Source: Phoronis australis
Lineage: Eukaryota; Animalia; Phoronida
Assembly (NCBI GenBank): GCA_002633005.1
Contig: NMRA01000716.1
Coordinates: 110,596 to 174,595 of the forward strand
DNA length: 64,000 nt
Reading direction: 5' to 3'
The notes under the pieces were generated by a model. That model had not been told where the DNA came from and made no database searches. It saw nothing but the letters and a program-made list of their open reading frames with translations. This document shows, one piece after another, positions 1-13,583 of this stretch (its first letter is position 1; each line of letters starts with the position of its first letter). The position numbers and the translations under genes were made by a program.

Positions 1-214
1 CCATCAAGAAAATGCACGATGGCATCAAAATCGACAAATAAAAAATCGGCTATAGAGTGAGGAATACCTTTATACATGATAACTGAATTGTTTAGTTTAC
101 AGCAGAATAACCAGTTACTAGGAAATTTTAGCGAGTATGACAGCTTGGTGATTGCTGCTCAAGCGCCCGTCATTTGGCCACTCGTGCATAGTGCAGGATT
201 GTTGTAATCTGTAC

Positions 215-301
215 CTCTATTCCTGTCCAAAACTTGTCACTGGACACCCACTGCTGCGGCAATCCTGTTTTATTGTAGTGCGCCAGTATTGTGCAATGAA
301 C
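215..301 (-). CDS. Exon of VWDE-like (von Willebrand factor D and EGF domain-containing-like) gene; gene continues off the left edge
   Basis: ttccag|...|gtacag, 87 bp, phase 0-0, encodes VHCTILAHYNKTGLPQQWVSSDKFWTGIE, matching the VWDE-type 'xCxVxA...SxxFxAGIK' segment; in phase with the 1246-1556 exon. Confidence 0.7.
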
Positions 302-1245
302 CTGGAACGATCACACGTCATATGACGTCACATCACTAGCAATTACGCATGGCATGAGAGATGATAAAAAACTCGAATGGTAAGTTTTGCAACTCCCTAT
401 ATTATATCCGTTAGACCACCGACGAATGTTTCTTGAACCACTGGAGCGTCTTTGCGTGATTATAATAACGGCCACTCTTTCCATCCCATCATTTCATCAG
501 TCTAGAACAAAGAGAGGGATTCACCTACATGTATACGACACAGCACTGAAACAGGTAACTTTCATTAAATACAGAACTTCATGCAGTTTCGTTTTCAATG
601 GGAATTCTTAAACTATGAAGTTCAATGTTGTTCAGTTGTGGCCGCCATTCTGTTTAATGAGCATCATTATCCAAGTTGGTTTGTTGTGTCCTTTCATACA
701 GCTTTAAATAATTCAGACGACGTCGAAAATCGACAAGACTGCGATTAAATATTCATTTATTTTTAACCAGAAACCATTTGAATTATGGCTAAACAAGGAC
801 AAAATCTCGATAAATGCTGCTTCACCCACGTTATCTAACTTGTGACAACTTATTTTGCAAGACTATTGCATAAATACACGATTAGCGGCTGGGCGCAATA
901 CTGTCACAATAAACTCCGACAAAACGCTATTTTATAGCGCCAAAGGTTCAACCACGTTGTTAATAAATTCTGGTGTGATGTCAAAGTTTGGCCTAGCTTG
1001 ATTTGAAAACCATTTTATATCTCGGGAAAATATTTTTACCAAGATCACACGATTCGTTATACACGTTTCCCTTTGACGATAACACGTTCCAGAAGGAAAA
1101 GCATTGAACGCGCTCAATCTTTAAAGTTCGGTTATATTGTAAATGTTTGCTGCAAGATAGAAATTAACTTCCGACAACTGAAAATACAATATGTTTTAAG
1201 TATATATTCATCTGGACTGTAATCGTTGTTGAATGGGCCACTTAC

Positions 1246-1556
1246 AAAAAACGGCAGATGAACCTTCGACTCTTTTTGGGATACCCACTGGTATTCGTGG
1301 AAGATTGAGACGTTTTCGTTATGTTGAAGTTTTTCAATGTCCATCAATTTTCCATTAATAAACCAATGTACGTCGAAAAACAACGAATCTGCGGAGTTAT
1401 TAGTGGGAATGGTGCATCGAAACTGAATCTCTTTCTTCCTTTTGCGCGTAAGGGAATATCTGGTTATGTTCTCTCTTCTGTCTTTTATAGGTGGATAAGT
1501 GGTTGGTCTTGTACCCACGTGCGCTGTTATCATTGGAAATTCGTCATAAACTATAC
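1246..1556 (-). CDS. Exon of VWDE-like gene (Ig-like VWDE N-terminal domain)
   Basis: ttccag acceptor and gtaagt donor, 311 bp, phase 1-0; encodes ...EIQFRCTIPTNNSADSLFFDVHWFING...LPFF. Confidence 0.7.
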
Positions 1557-3540
1557 CTGGAATGTAATAGAAAGTGCGTGATTATAACGAGTCAAGAACA
1601 CGGTGTAAACATCACTGGAGTTCTATTTGATTATAAGTTTCACAGGTGTTTACCTGTAGGACAAAATAAATGTACATGCATCCTAATGCAACGTTGACAT
1701 GCCGTTCTATCAAAGAGGAATACGAAAGCATGCACGTTCGCCAGGCATTTCACGTATTCTATGTTGTACGGTCAAAAACGAGATGATAGGTTTACCTTTC
1801 CACCCCGAAATTTCTTCACTTCCGTGCTGTGATTCGCGGATAGGCTCCAGTTATCCATTATGGTTGCACTTGATTGGTCAGAATATCAGCCTTGTTAAAG
1901 TTAATGTTACGCTAACATATCACAGGACGCTTTTATGAACGCTCATAAAATGATTCACTTACGAACGCGATGCGCGCTCGAGGCTTCTGTTTGATTATCA
2001 GCCAGCAAATTCGATGATTAATGGGATTTTGATAAACACATGACACAGAATGCGCTAGTGGACAGTTACTGCTTTACAATCCATAGTTGAAAAAACGGCA
2101 CTTTGAATGTACGAAACGGAGGCTGTGACGTTAACACTGTGTCTTACAGATATGATACGAATAGCATGCATTGGGGTTAGAGAACTCCAAAGAACACTGA
2201 TATCGTAAATTGTTCATAAGACATACGCTGCTATTAAAATCAGTCCACGAAATATACAAGACGCAGTACTGCAAATTAAACACTTTGCGTGTTGTGCATA
2301 CAAGATCATACAACATACAAAACCAGACGCACATTTAAGGGAGGGTTTCGTCAAGGGGGCCATGCCCCTAAAATTCTCCCAGATTTCATTTGGCATTTCG
2401 AGGGTGCGAATATCTGACGGGCACAATCCTGGATAATTCTGCCCTGGCCCCCCTAGCTCAAAATCCTGGAGACGCCCCTGAAAACGCAAACAATGGTCAC
2501 AGATTATGCCAGTAAACCGCAATAACGTAATTTGTTCACAACCACACACTGAAGTTGAAAGAAATAGTTCATGGAATAACTGAGACGGAATATGAATGTT
2601 TAACGTTCTGGCTGCATAACCTACAGGAAACAAGGCTTGGTCATCGAGCGCACCTGTGAACATGTATACCATAACATGTTCACAAGCCATAGCTAAGCAA
2701 ACAGTTACTTGAATACAAGAGACGCAATATGCAAGTTTAACATTATGTCTTGTAAATTTAATACTGTGTCTCGTGGATACAAGATTTTACAACGTATTCA
2801 ATCAAGCATGCCTTGAGCATAAAGTAATAGACATGTATATTGTCTTCAGATTTTACCACTATCAACCAATTAAACTTCTAGGCATTCTATCATTTGTGAT
2901 ACCGTGACGTGTTCACAAGAAATAGTTGAAAAAACAATCCTTTGGATGTACGAGACAGTCTGCGGGAACGTGATCGTACAACGTACAAAACTCATGCATA
3001 CTACCATGCCAAATGACGTCATATGGATGTCGCAAGGTAGTGTTTAATTTGCTAGATCAATGCGACAGGCGCAAGCACGTCGCATGGTTACTGTCTGCGG
3101 GACGCTTCCATTGTTTTCATTTGGTACGTCTTAACAATACTTGTCGCATGGATACCGCACCTTGGGCGCATATCAGCCCGTTACCAAGAAATACTTGCCA
3201 TTATCTTTAGTATAAGAAAGAAAAACAACCTGAACAAGGGCTACGGCTGTATATCGGTATCTATGCGACAACCTTGCGACCAAGTTTCGTGAGACCTTAA
3301 GTACGACAGTGAACAGCGATATTTCCGAGCCTGTTTCAGAAACTTCAACACCCACTGTGCTTGGTTGACTTGCCGGCTCCGCAGTGTCAACCGGCTAAGA
3401 CATTTGAATGGTACATGTATCTAAGCAGAACGTCAAAAGCAGCCATCGTGTACTTCAAGAGTAAAGATGCGGTTACAAGGCCAGCGACAACTTTCTAGCT
3501 AAAATCGACCTGCAAAAGACGATCGGGTCATTTCGCTTAC

Positions 3541-3663
3541 CTCGACACATTTTGCCATCGCCCGTATATCCTTCTCGACACGAACAGGTGTAGCTGCCTA
3601 GAGTATTCACACAATTTGCAGCGCGATGGCAGTCGTGAATACCAATAACACATTCGTCGTTTT
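3541..3663 (-). CDS. Calcium-binding EGF domain exon (same gene as the VWDE-like exons)
   Basis: 123 bp phase 1-1 exon, tttcag/gtaagc; NDECVIGIHDCHRAANCVNTLGSYTCSCREGYTGDGKMC has the six-Cys EGF_CA pattern. Confidence 0.9.
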
Positions 3664-4274
3664 CTGAAACGTCGTTTGAAATTACCGTATTATGAAATCT
3701 ACTGGATTTCACAACACATTTGTAGCCACTTACGTTGTACAAATACAATTACAGCACTGGTTTTACAAACGAAGAAGTTTTCTGCACAAGAAGATCTCAT
3801 TACATTCCCAATTTTCTTTACATTCCCTTCCTACATATTCAGGTGTCAAAAACGGAGACCACTGCAAAACACAAATTATGGTCAGAGTAACACTTGTACA
3901 AGCATATGGACACTTGGTGACATCGGATCAAAACAGTCCTGATATTTATTGCTCATGCGTATTAACTTGTCGGAAGTCGACTGCAAGTCATTGTCGACTC
4001 AAAGGGGGAACAGTTTGAAGACTTTCAAAATATGTACCTAAAGACTGAGGTGACTAGTGGTAGTATAACTTTAACGGCATGCACTGTCTTTTGAATTCAA
4101 CTCCAAGATTATAATACTCAACGTACTGTAGATCACAACCTGGATATTTCCTTATTGAAACATGTTTGTTCTCGTACGGTGTGTCAGGTTTGGGATTTAG
4201 GATATATTATGAATGTCTTCGATTGACGCTGCGACATTTACCAAAAAGTCGAATGTGGCAGTATTTATAATTAC

Positions 4275-4397
4275 CTGTACACCAATCGCCGTTGCCTTGG
4301 TAACCACTTTTACACGTGCACTTAAAACTGCCCGGTGTGTTTACACAGACTGCATTATGTGGGCATTTAGCTTCTCCGTTTGTACACTCGTCCAAAT
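4275..4397 (-). CDS. Calcium-binding EGF domain exon
   Basis: 123 bp phase 1-1 exon, tttcag/gtaatt; LDECTNGEAKCPHNAVCVNTPGSFKCTCKSGYQGNGDWC. Confidence 0.9.
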
Positions 4398-5115
4398 CTG
4401 AAAACATGATACACATAATTGTGTACTAAATCAGACAGTGGGAGTGTGACTTGGACTCAGTGAACGTCAAGTGGTTTGAAGTGATTAAGATTTTTCAGAA
4501 TTACTCTTTTTATGCTGTTTTTGTAAACTAAGCAAATTTCGGCAAATCAAAAATAAAATCTATTGAAATAACTGTTTTCAATATATTAGACTATAAACAA
4601 TTCCGTTCATCATATTTCTGTTGCAAAATTTCTGCCAGGCATGCAAGTTTTTAGCTCATTAACACAACAACTCGGTAAATATTCACTGAGTGGCATTTTA
4701 AGTGTCTTATTTCCCACTACTGTATCCGTCCCCAAAATTCTTGTAACCATGGCAGCACCTTTGCATCGAACTTGTCATGTATGCTCTGTGGTACGTGGTC
4801 CTTAGAACAAATTAAATAATTATAATTTACCAACTGCGACCATGGGTGACTATGAAAACATTTATTTCGCGGCTCCTTTGGGTGACTGGTATCCCACAAT
4901 CCTCCATTTGTGCGTATGTCTCACGATATCAGTGATCAGATGAATTGACCTATCGCTAAGATTTTAATTGACGGTATAACTGACCAATCAGAAAGCAGCA
5001 TTTTTGACAAACCTTCCTATCCGTTTCTAAGCCGCCATTTTCCCTGACAAACAACACGTTGTCGGGTAAAGCTTATTTTGCTATATTCTGTACCTCAAGA
5101 AATTCTGCCCTAAAA

Positions 5116-5940
5116 ATGGTGAAACGGTGTTGCTATGGTGTGTGTAATTCCGACAGTCGTTATGCAGCTCGAGTATGGAACTCCCCTAGCGTCTCCTTCT
5201 GACGGGTCTTTTCTGACACGTTACGAGTCATCGAAGCGCGTCAGAGTTCACTCGAAATGTACTTCCCAGGTGTGTCAATTTACCGCCCCATTAGTGTGCG
5301 ACCAATAAGACGTTGTCGTTTGGTCGGCGATGACGTGTGCTCCGATGTCAGTCACTTTACGCGCCAACTGACCTGACTTCTGACTATTCTAAAACGACAT
5401 CAGGTCTCTCACTTTTCATTAGACCTTTGTGGAGTGTAACACCATGTAAAAGTACAACGGTGGCTTCTGCGTTAGAGTAACATGTACCGTCATTAATGTT
5501 ATAAACCAAAGACTGTTTATCAAAATAAACGAAGGCAATGCTGTCAGTGACGAGTTCTGGATGACTTGTGACATTGGATGATTTTCACAGTGTTGCCAAC
5601 AGTTCTTGAGTCCTTAAAGGGAGTTCTATTTGCTTGATCAGTGAAGATAAAATTATAGTCTTGCTCAGTCGAGACAGGCTATTGTTTAGTTTGTATTTTT
5701 ATGGGAGGCAGTGCTGGCCATTATTTATACTTTTTCTTTTTGTCAAACGTCCACACGTGTTCGACAGCATCAGTGACGCGTCAGCGTGTTGGAAAAGACC
5801 CGTCACAAGGAGACGCTAGTGGCGTTCCATACTCGAGAAGAATATCCCGTCACTTTTGGGTATTGCCTAAGCCGAAAAACGTTGTCAACTGTGCAAACGA
5901 TAGACCAAACTGTGTAGACGACCACACGAGCAGGTGAACT
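5116..5940 (+). pseudogene. Decayed THAP-domain transposon gene, interrupted by a MITE
   Basis: MVKRCCYGVCNSDSRY at 5116; after the insert ...LPKPK... and, frameshifted, CKR*TKLCRRPHEQVN (THAP C2CH pattern with the conserved Trp turned to stop). Confidence 0.6.
5168..5837. mobile_element. MITE with about 65-bp imperfect terminal inverted repeats
   Basis: ctcgagtatggaactcccctagcgtctccttctgacgggtctttt (5168) is the near reverse complement of aaaagacccgtcacaaggagacgctagtggcgttccatactcgag (ends 5837). Confidence 0.8.
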
Positions 5941-8926
5941 TGGCAATGTTGCTTGATTACTGGAAGGTTGTTCCAAGATACAAACTTTTCTCTTTGGTGG
6001 CTATAATATAGGCCTATTTGATTTTGACACCGGAGTTTCACTCGTCAGATTGCCCTTGTCTCGGCATTTCTGGTTAAACTTAACTTCATGAAATGAAAAT
6101 ACAAAAAATGTGAAGTTCATTAGAAGGTAGGCCTAATTAAATGTCCTAATGGTGCAATTATGGCCAATTCCGTGCATTAATTTGACTTGGACACAGCCCA
6201 GACCTATCGGAGCTAACTGGTTGCTTAGGACAAGATGAGTGCGTACCTGAGCTGTGACCTGATTTTTTAATCAAAATATTTCGCTCGAAGATAGGAAAAG
6301 CATGAACAGTGTTATCGACTCGATCTACTTTAATCGGGGAAGCCCATCTTGTGACCTACTTTCATTTGGCGGAATTTAGCAGACGGTAGAATAAAAATAT
6401 GGCTGAATCTTCAATGGTTGTGCTGAAAATATCCTGAAATCTATGACATCCTACAGATGATTACGACTTGAAAATACATACACAGCTTTACATGAACAAG
6501 TTTCATAAGTGGTCTTGTCATTTGTCAAATGAAGGTGAACTGTCAGAGGTTCTTCGGATTTTTGCTGGCTCCGAAATTCTTTTCTGTTGATAGAACTGAT
6601 AGCAAAGAGGACAAAATAATGATGAATTCGCATATCTGGAAAAGGCCTCATGGGAGGATCCGTATTGTATACCTTATATACGGTTCCATCTCATTCAGTA
6701 TATTAGAAACGCTACTTAATAAAGAGAATACAACTCAATGACTAGTCACGAAAAATGCTAATTTTGTACTATACATGTACATCATTTCACATTGGCTTGT
6801 CACGTTTCCAACTGGCAACTTCAGTGCGTAAATTTATGGCCATTCGCTGTGCATGAACATGTTGCATGAGGACGATATTGTTTCAAACCAGTGTTTACCT
6901 GCGCCTGGTGCATCGACTCCAGCCCCATGTACCACACTTAGTCGTGTACGAAGTACTAGAAGATGCGGTGTAGACTCGCCGAAAGTAATACGTGCAGACA
7001 GAGCCACGAGGCCTACAAAACAGTAAATGTCAAAAGGAACCAAGCCATTCGTTCACATCATTATAGAAATTATTAAAACCAGCGCCGCTAAAAGGTTCAA
7101 TAAATTTAGCGGACCACTTTTTACTTTTGTTATTGAATACGGTTTTACTCAAATCCCACTTGCGTTTACTTGGCAACATTTTCCTCAGCGCTGAAGTTTT
7201 AATTAAGGGGCTTCGACAAAGTTTGCCATCAATAGCAAATTAGTTGTTACTTTATGGAACAATTGATTAATATTTTGATGCCAAAGAAAATATTACTTAT
7301 TTTGAAACGTGCGATTTTGCTTTTTCTACCAAAGCCTTTAAGTAATAGCACGTGGGAACAGGCGTTCAACACAAACGTAGGCAAATTGTAATAAAATTGT
7401 AAATTCGAACTTTTTAATAAAGACATTTTTTTCAATATTCACGCCAGAAAAATTAATTTCACAATCCCACTAACGTAACATGATCACCTTCTTATGAAAT
7501 GTGATCGCCATCGTGAAATTGTTTCACTTTCATGTATGACGCTGTTTTGGCTAAAGCAGGCCAAAAACTGTTTAGGTGAGTCGCAGTTTTTTCATTCTTA
7601 GCGACAAAGACACGGAGCATATAAGACATATTAACACTGTAACCTTTTGTGAAAATTCAGAACGTTTTATTACCTCAAAATCCTAAAAAAACGTATTTCT
7701 ACGGAGGTTAAAGAAAATCAGTAAATCAGGACATTTAATTGAACCATTTAAAACATAAAACTGACATCTGGGAACAAAATCCGTCCCTTTACAAAAAGAT
7801 AAATATCATTAATTTAATTCGAGTTGGCTTTTCAAAAGACATGGCATGTAGATTTCACATATTACCATAGGTGCGTCTGTTTAGGCGACTGTAACTAAAA
7901 ACTAAAAACTTGAAAGTTCGCGCTTGGTGCACTGTTCACTGTCACCACACTGTTCATTTTGCACCGCGAACTACTTTAGCACACATTTGGACAAAATCTT
8001 TTGTTTAGTCACTGCACTAACTGACATACTACGAGCTGCAGAAACGCAGCGCCATTACTAACCCTCGTAGTGCTTTACTGGTGCAGAGACACGACAACAA
8101 GAGGACTGTTGCCAGAATTACGTCCATACTGAAGAGCGGCAACACTAGTTCTGCCTGATCCCATTATCTGTTTTAAACATCCACGGGGAACTTTAAGCAA
8201 ACACAGATAAAAAGATATCATGACAACCACTCAGCGTAAAATAAGAACTTGATTCTTTGATCGCTCCTGACAACAATCTTACGCAGACGTTTACGTTATT
8301 ACGGAACTGTCGTTCTCTAAGTAAACTTCTCAAAACAATAAGTGTTTGCCTATTTATTGTTCTTAATTTCCAAAAATATGGAAAAGTGAGCGCCATTCGT
8401 AAATGCGTTTTTTCAGGCAGACGTTCCTATCGCTTCGATGTATGTCTCAAAGAAATGTGTGTTATGGTGAGAGAACTTGATTTGAAAAACACCAGTTAGC
8501 AAAGACAGTCGCAAATCATAACAAATGTTTCACGTTGGTTCACAGAAATCCAGAAAAAATCACTTTAGTTTGAGCTGCTTTTCGGTACCTAGCAACATGA
8601 GCACGGTAATCACGAAATTAATGTGATAGTTAACAAAACTTCGAAAACAATTGTTGAACACTTTTACATGCATGTTCGCTTACAATTAACGGCGTTGAAT
8701 CAGAATTTATTTTGAGAAGAAAATCGTTTTTCGTTGTCACATAGTGCTGATGTATTTACAAATTTACGTTGTGCCTTTTGACAGTATCATTACGTGGCTA
8801 AATGCACATGCACTGCTACATCAATTGGAAGTATGTTTGTGTTTGTTTCATTGTTGCATAGTTTGTGGGATCCTTCGTAGTGGTTGTTTAGGACTTTTTA
8901 TACGTTGGCTAACCAACGCTATTACA

Positions 8927-10515
8927 ATGGCGACGCACCATAGGGTGCTGGTGGGGCTATAGCCCCATCTTATTTCAGTGCTGCGCCGCTCATGCATTAT
9001 TGAAAAATGTGTTGACGTGAATAACTCAAATTAAACGGGAGGACATTTTTTTAAGAACCGTTGCTTGGATTGCAACTGCCACCTTTGGGGAGGCAGCTGT
9101 TGCACTGCGTCTGAAGATTGATACGTTTATTGTGCGTGCTAATTTTTAAAATGGATATCTGATAACCTAGTGAGATCTATTTTATTTGTACTGTATAAAC
9201 GCAAGATTAGGCATGCATTAAACAGCCTCATAACCTGGTGTAATCGCAAATACTTGCGATAATTGCAGTTTGGCCACGCCTATCACAGGTATTGTTGCTA
9301 AGTATTATACGCTCATGTCAAAAATGGCAAAAACTCGCTTGCTTAATACCGCAAAAGATTCTGTACAATGCATTTTGATCATACTTTGAAGAATTCGTTA
9401 CCCTTGGAGCTACTCCATCGTATTGAAAATCTGGAAGAAAATTGAGCTGAATACAACGATACGTCCGCCATACCTAATTCTTTATTCCATTAACACCTTA
9501 CGCCAGCCCATTAGCACACCAAACGATTATAAACCCGCCGCCCAGCACAAAAACAACTTCTGGTTTAGATCTATTGCAGTTATGAAATCGATCTCAAAGT
9601 GCTCCTTAGTCTAACTGGACGTAGCTCTTGGTCTTGGAGGTTGACGTCACACGCGCCACGTGTCATTTTATTCACCGAGTACGATGGTCTCGGGCATAAC
9701 TAACAGTAATTTTTACAAGACATTAATTACGTCTGATCTCCTTCTTACGGAATGTTCACGATGCCCTATCGGTTTTAAAGAAACCGACTCGTGGACCAAT
9801 TGCCCCCTGGTGACTGCGGGTCGACAAACTTTGCAAAATAGCCGTAAAGCAGTCCCTGTTTTACGACATTGATTATTTTATAAAACATTTGAGCACAGTC
9901 ATTTAATTGAAACCACATATTATTTACTTTGAAAAATGTCGATTTTGAGTTGCAATTCTGTTGTTATGGCGTCAAATAATAACGCGACAATGATGTCACA
10001 CGGAACGTGAGAGTAGTTAAACACAAGTGTGGACGTTAGATTTATGTTACTTAAAACGTCAAAATTAAAACTATTGAACAATAAAATTCTCCTAGGAATA
10101 CCCACATCAAATTTACGTAATTTCCTCAATTCCAACAACATAACACAATGCCAATAAATTTTACTTTCTGATAATTACGCCACTGGTCCATCTAACAAGG
10201 CATAACATATCAGTAATTACGTACATGATCAACTAGTGAAAAGGCAGCCCCAACGTAATCTTGAAATCGACGCGCGTTTGTGAGAGTCAAATTGCGCATT
10301 GTTATGTGACACTATTTGAGCTAAAATACTACAAAACTTGGTCCGTGAACCCATGGAATTTGAAAGGTTCTCTACAGTTGCGGTCTATATAGTGACAGGC
10401 AGTTTCTCTAAAAGCCAAGTATCAAACGTACATTAATGTGGTAACGTGGGCGGCGCTGCACTGAAAAATGTGGGGGGCTAAAGCCCCCTCAGCCCCCCTG
10501 TGGTGCATCGCCTAT
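8927..10515. repeat. Pair of about 65-bp GC-rich inverted repeats (one non-autonomous element or two mini-MITE copies)
   Basis: atggcgacgcaccatagggtgctggtggggctatagcccc...gcgccgctcat at about 8927 vs the reverse complement of 10446-10515. Confidence 0.5.
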
Positions 10516-11862
10516 AGACCATGTGCAACGTAACAGTGAAAAATTGGGGTGCTATAGCCCTCCCCCCCCCCAGCCCCCAGCCCCGTATAGTGCGCCGCCC
10601 ATGGGTAATGACACATATTCCATTAATATCACTAACTGAAGATCAAAACTCGCTGCTCTGTGATTTTGATGGCGGTGTGTAAACTACAGTGTAAATATTC
10701 ACATTGCGCGAAACGAGAGTTTTACATACCTGTAATCGCAGACCTACATGTATCGACATCATTTTGTGTCTTAGTCGAATTCGGAAAATCACCGAATATT
10801 CTTGTATATTTCCGTGACCCATATTCTCTATGTGCCCACCATCTTGTCATTGAAAGCGTACTAAACCATCTGAGCAAAAACGTTATTTTGTTAGGTTGGT
10901 TTGGGTTAACATTTGAATTCGTATTATATGTGTTTATTGTCCAAATGTTTAACTACTTGCACGTTGAAATAGTGAAGGTGTCATATTTTCCTCAGCCAAC
11001 ATTAAGTCCCCTGACTCATTGCAAAGGTACGGCAAATTTCAGTTAAAACACTCGTTCTGGTACTAAGGTAGAGGAAAGCAATTTCTAGATCTCCAAAAGT
11101 ATTTTTTCGTCGCCTTGGAGCAAAACAGTGCACGTCTCAGTGAATGGGGTACTTTAGGAAACTAATCTGTGAGGTATCAGTCAGATACAGATCGTCTGGC
11201 AATCGAGACTCGCGGACGGGAACAAACCATGGGAGTAGTGGTCACTCTTAGTGTTCTCGTTGAAAGCTCGAACATTATCTAAATGTCTTTGGCACCAACT
11301 TTTAACTTCATTTTTTCAATTTAGTAAAACGTGCGCGGCTATGTACACAAGAATTTCACTAGGTATACCACGTGTTGGCTTTTAGATAAAAGGTTTCAAC
11401 ACCCTCATAACTCTTCAAATAACTTGTAACAAGGTCTTTATGTAGTCATGTTTTATATGTTGTCAACAAATCACTGTGTAAACATTTGGATGTGCCTTGT
11501 ATTTATTTTATTGTAAAGAACAGGATTCCTAATTATCAAGTTTGGTGCAGTAAGGAAGTAATAAACAATAGCTTCTTTTCTCATAAGCTTCAACGTTTTG
11601 CTTTATCATCAGGTGTGGCTTTGAGAAGAGCTCTATAGCAGCAAAAATATCATCATCAGTAAAATTTATTAACCCTTAATTGCCATGATAAGCTCGTAAT
11701 AACACGTTTTATCAGCACGCACCCCCTATTACCAAAACTGCCGCTAAGGAGAATATACAAGCATATAAGCCACCAATTTTGTTTTAGAGTTGTTCGTCGT
11801 CGCAATTTCCGTGCGCGTTGAGTTCTTTTGTAACACCAAAGCAAATTTGATTGCCAGCTCCT

Positions 11863-12582
11863 TGTCAGAATATAGTCTGACATTATTATTAGTTGTATTG
11901 TTTTGTTTTGTTATTCAGTTTGATTTGCATGACCCCTGAGTTAAGTACAATGATGATGTAATTTGTTTACTACAGCATAGTGTGGAACTTTCTAGAAGTC
12001 TGTAGCATGACAGTGATTGATGAAGTCTGGAATATTCTAGAGACTAGTACATGTTTGTAGAAAGATTGGGTAGGTTCCAGAAAGTTCTGGTATGTGCTTG
12101 AATTGATGAAAAGTTCTAGAACAATGCATTAGGCTATAAATACACAAGCACGGGTTTGTGTTGGGCAGATAAGATTAGATCGAGTTGAGTTAAAGATTAA
12201 GTCAGTTGAGTCCAAGAAGATCAAGTCGAGAGATCAAGTGAGTTCAAGTAAGTTAATCAGGAGAACTACAGTTGAGTTGCAGAATCAGCAGTTACAGCGA
12301 TAGTCAATAGAGAGCCAGCTATAGAGACAGCAGGTTATTGAATTGAGTGTAACAGTTGCTGGAAGTATCTCAGAAGTTCAATACAAGTCAAGGCTTCGCA
12401 GCACTGGCTGGAGCATAAACAGACATTACGTCGGACGTTTTGTTTGAGTAGGCTTGTGAACGTACGGTCGGGATTAATAAAGGATTAACTCGAACCAGAC
12501 TTCAGTCAATCTTCACACCGAAAGCTATTAGCACCGGTCTGTAACAACCTGCGCCCACCCACACACGGGGAAAAACGTGACA
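11863..12582 (+). mobile_element. Solo LTR of an LTR retrotransposon
   Basis: 720 bp, termini TGTCA...TGACA, flanked on both sides by CTCCT (11858-11862 and 12583-12587); TATA-like ctataaata near 12134 and AATAAA near 12476. Confidence 0.85.
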
Positions 12583-13430
12583 CTCCTCATATAATGCATG
12601 CTAAAGGTAGTCATGTTGCGTTCTGCCTGTTCATTAGAAATTGCCAAAGCATCACAAAAACTTCATGTTCAAATGGAATAGTTGGTTTAATTGATTATGC
12701 ACAGGTCTGTGAACATTTTAGCAGTCGACAAGCAATAACAACAAGACAGAGCGACTACATGTACAAGCGTATACGGAAATACACCCGAAAAGTCACCTTC
12801 TCAGCTGAAGCGACATCCGCTAAAGGCAACATTTGAATGCAAAACAATTCATCACAGATCATGATTACTGGTTTAAAAAAATGTGCAGGCGGCCTGATGC
12901 CTTTTGCGCTACATCAGGCGTGCTTAGGCTGCATAAGGCCGGGCCCATTACATTGATCACTTGATTACGATTTATGGGGACCCGGTTTCCTCATGGGTAA
13001 AGTCCTCCAATCTGCTTGTTTATTTCAGAAAGACCACTACTGGTGTTACTGTAACATCAATTTCTGGCTCCTTCTACTGGGAACTGATAACTGTCGCACG
13101 TGTCAGCGAAAATTTCGTCGTCTTCTGTAACCACGAGTAATATAGTTTAAATCTGACATATTCGAGTCTATTCAAGAAAGGGTTCTTGGCTTTAAACTAG
13201 ACAACCACTGCCAATCGAAGACGGGCTTAGAAACCCAGCCACACTGTGAGCCATCTTTGTTTTTTGAAAGTCTTGTAAGCCCGTGTAAAGTGTAAGGTTT
13301 TGTCTGAGTATGCTATATATACAATGTATGCTGTAGAAAGTATGACCTGGATGGCAAACAAAAGAAATTCTTAATCAATTTACTCGCAATAAGCTCACTA
13401 GCTCCAAGTCAAAAGTTCACTGACTCGAGC

Positions 13431-13583
13431 CAGTGGCTTATTTAAGGGGGGTAAGGGGGCCTTGGCCTCCCTAAAAAATTCCCAGATTCCATTTGGCAGT
13501 TCGGGGGTGCAAATGTCTGACGGGCAAAATTCTGGCTAATACTCTGCCCTGCCCCCCAACTCAAAATCCTGGATCCGCCCCTG
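13431..13583. mobile_element. Short hAT-like MITE (related copy at about 2335-2480)
   Basis: CAGTGG...GGATCCGCCCCTG termini, flanked by CGAGC on both sides; internal sequence similar to 2335-2480. Confidence 0.7.

Noticed and set aside
6451-6651. First (signal peptide) exon of the EGF/VWDE-like gene
   Set aside because: Acceptor and a phase 1 donor exist, but the hydrophobic stretch is short and the support is too weak to call
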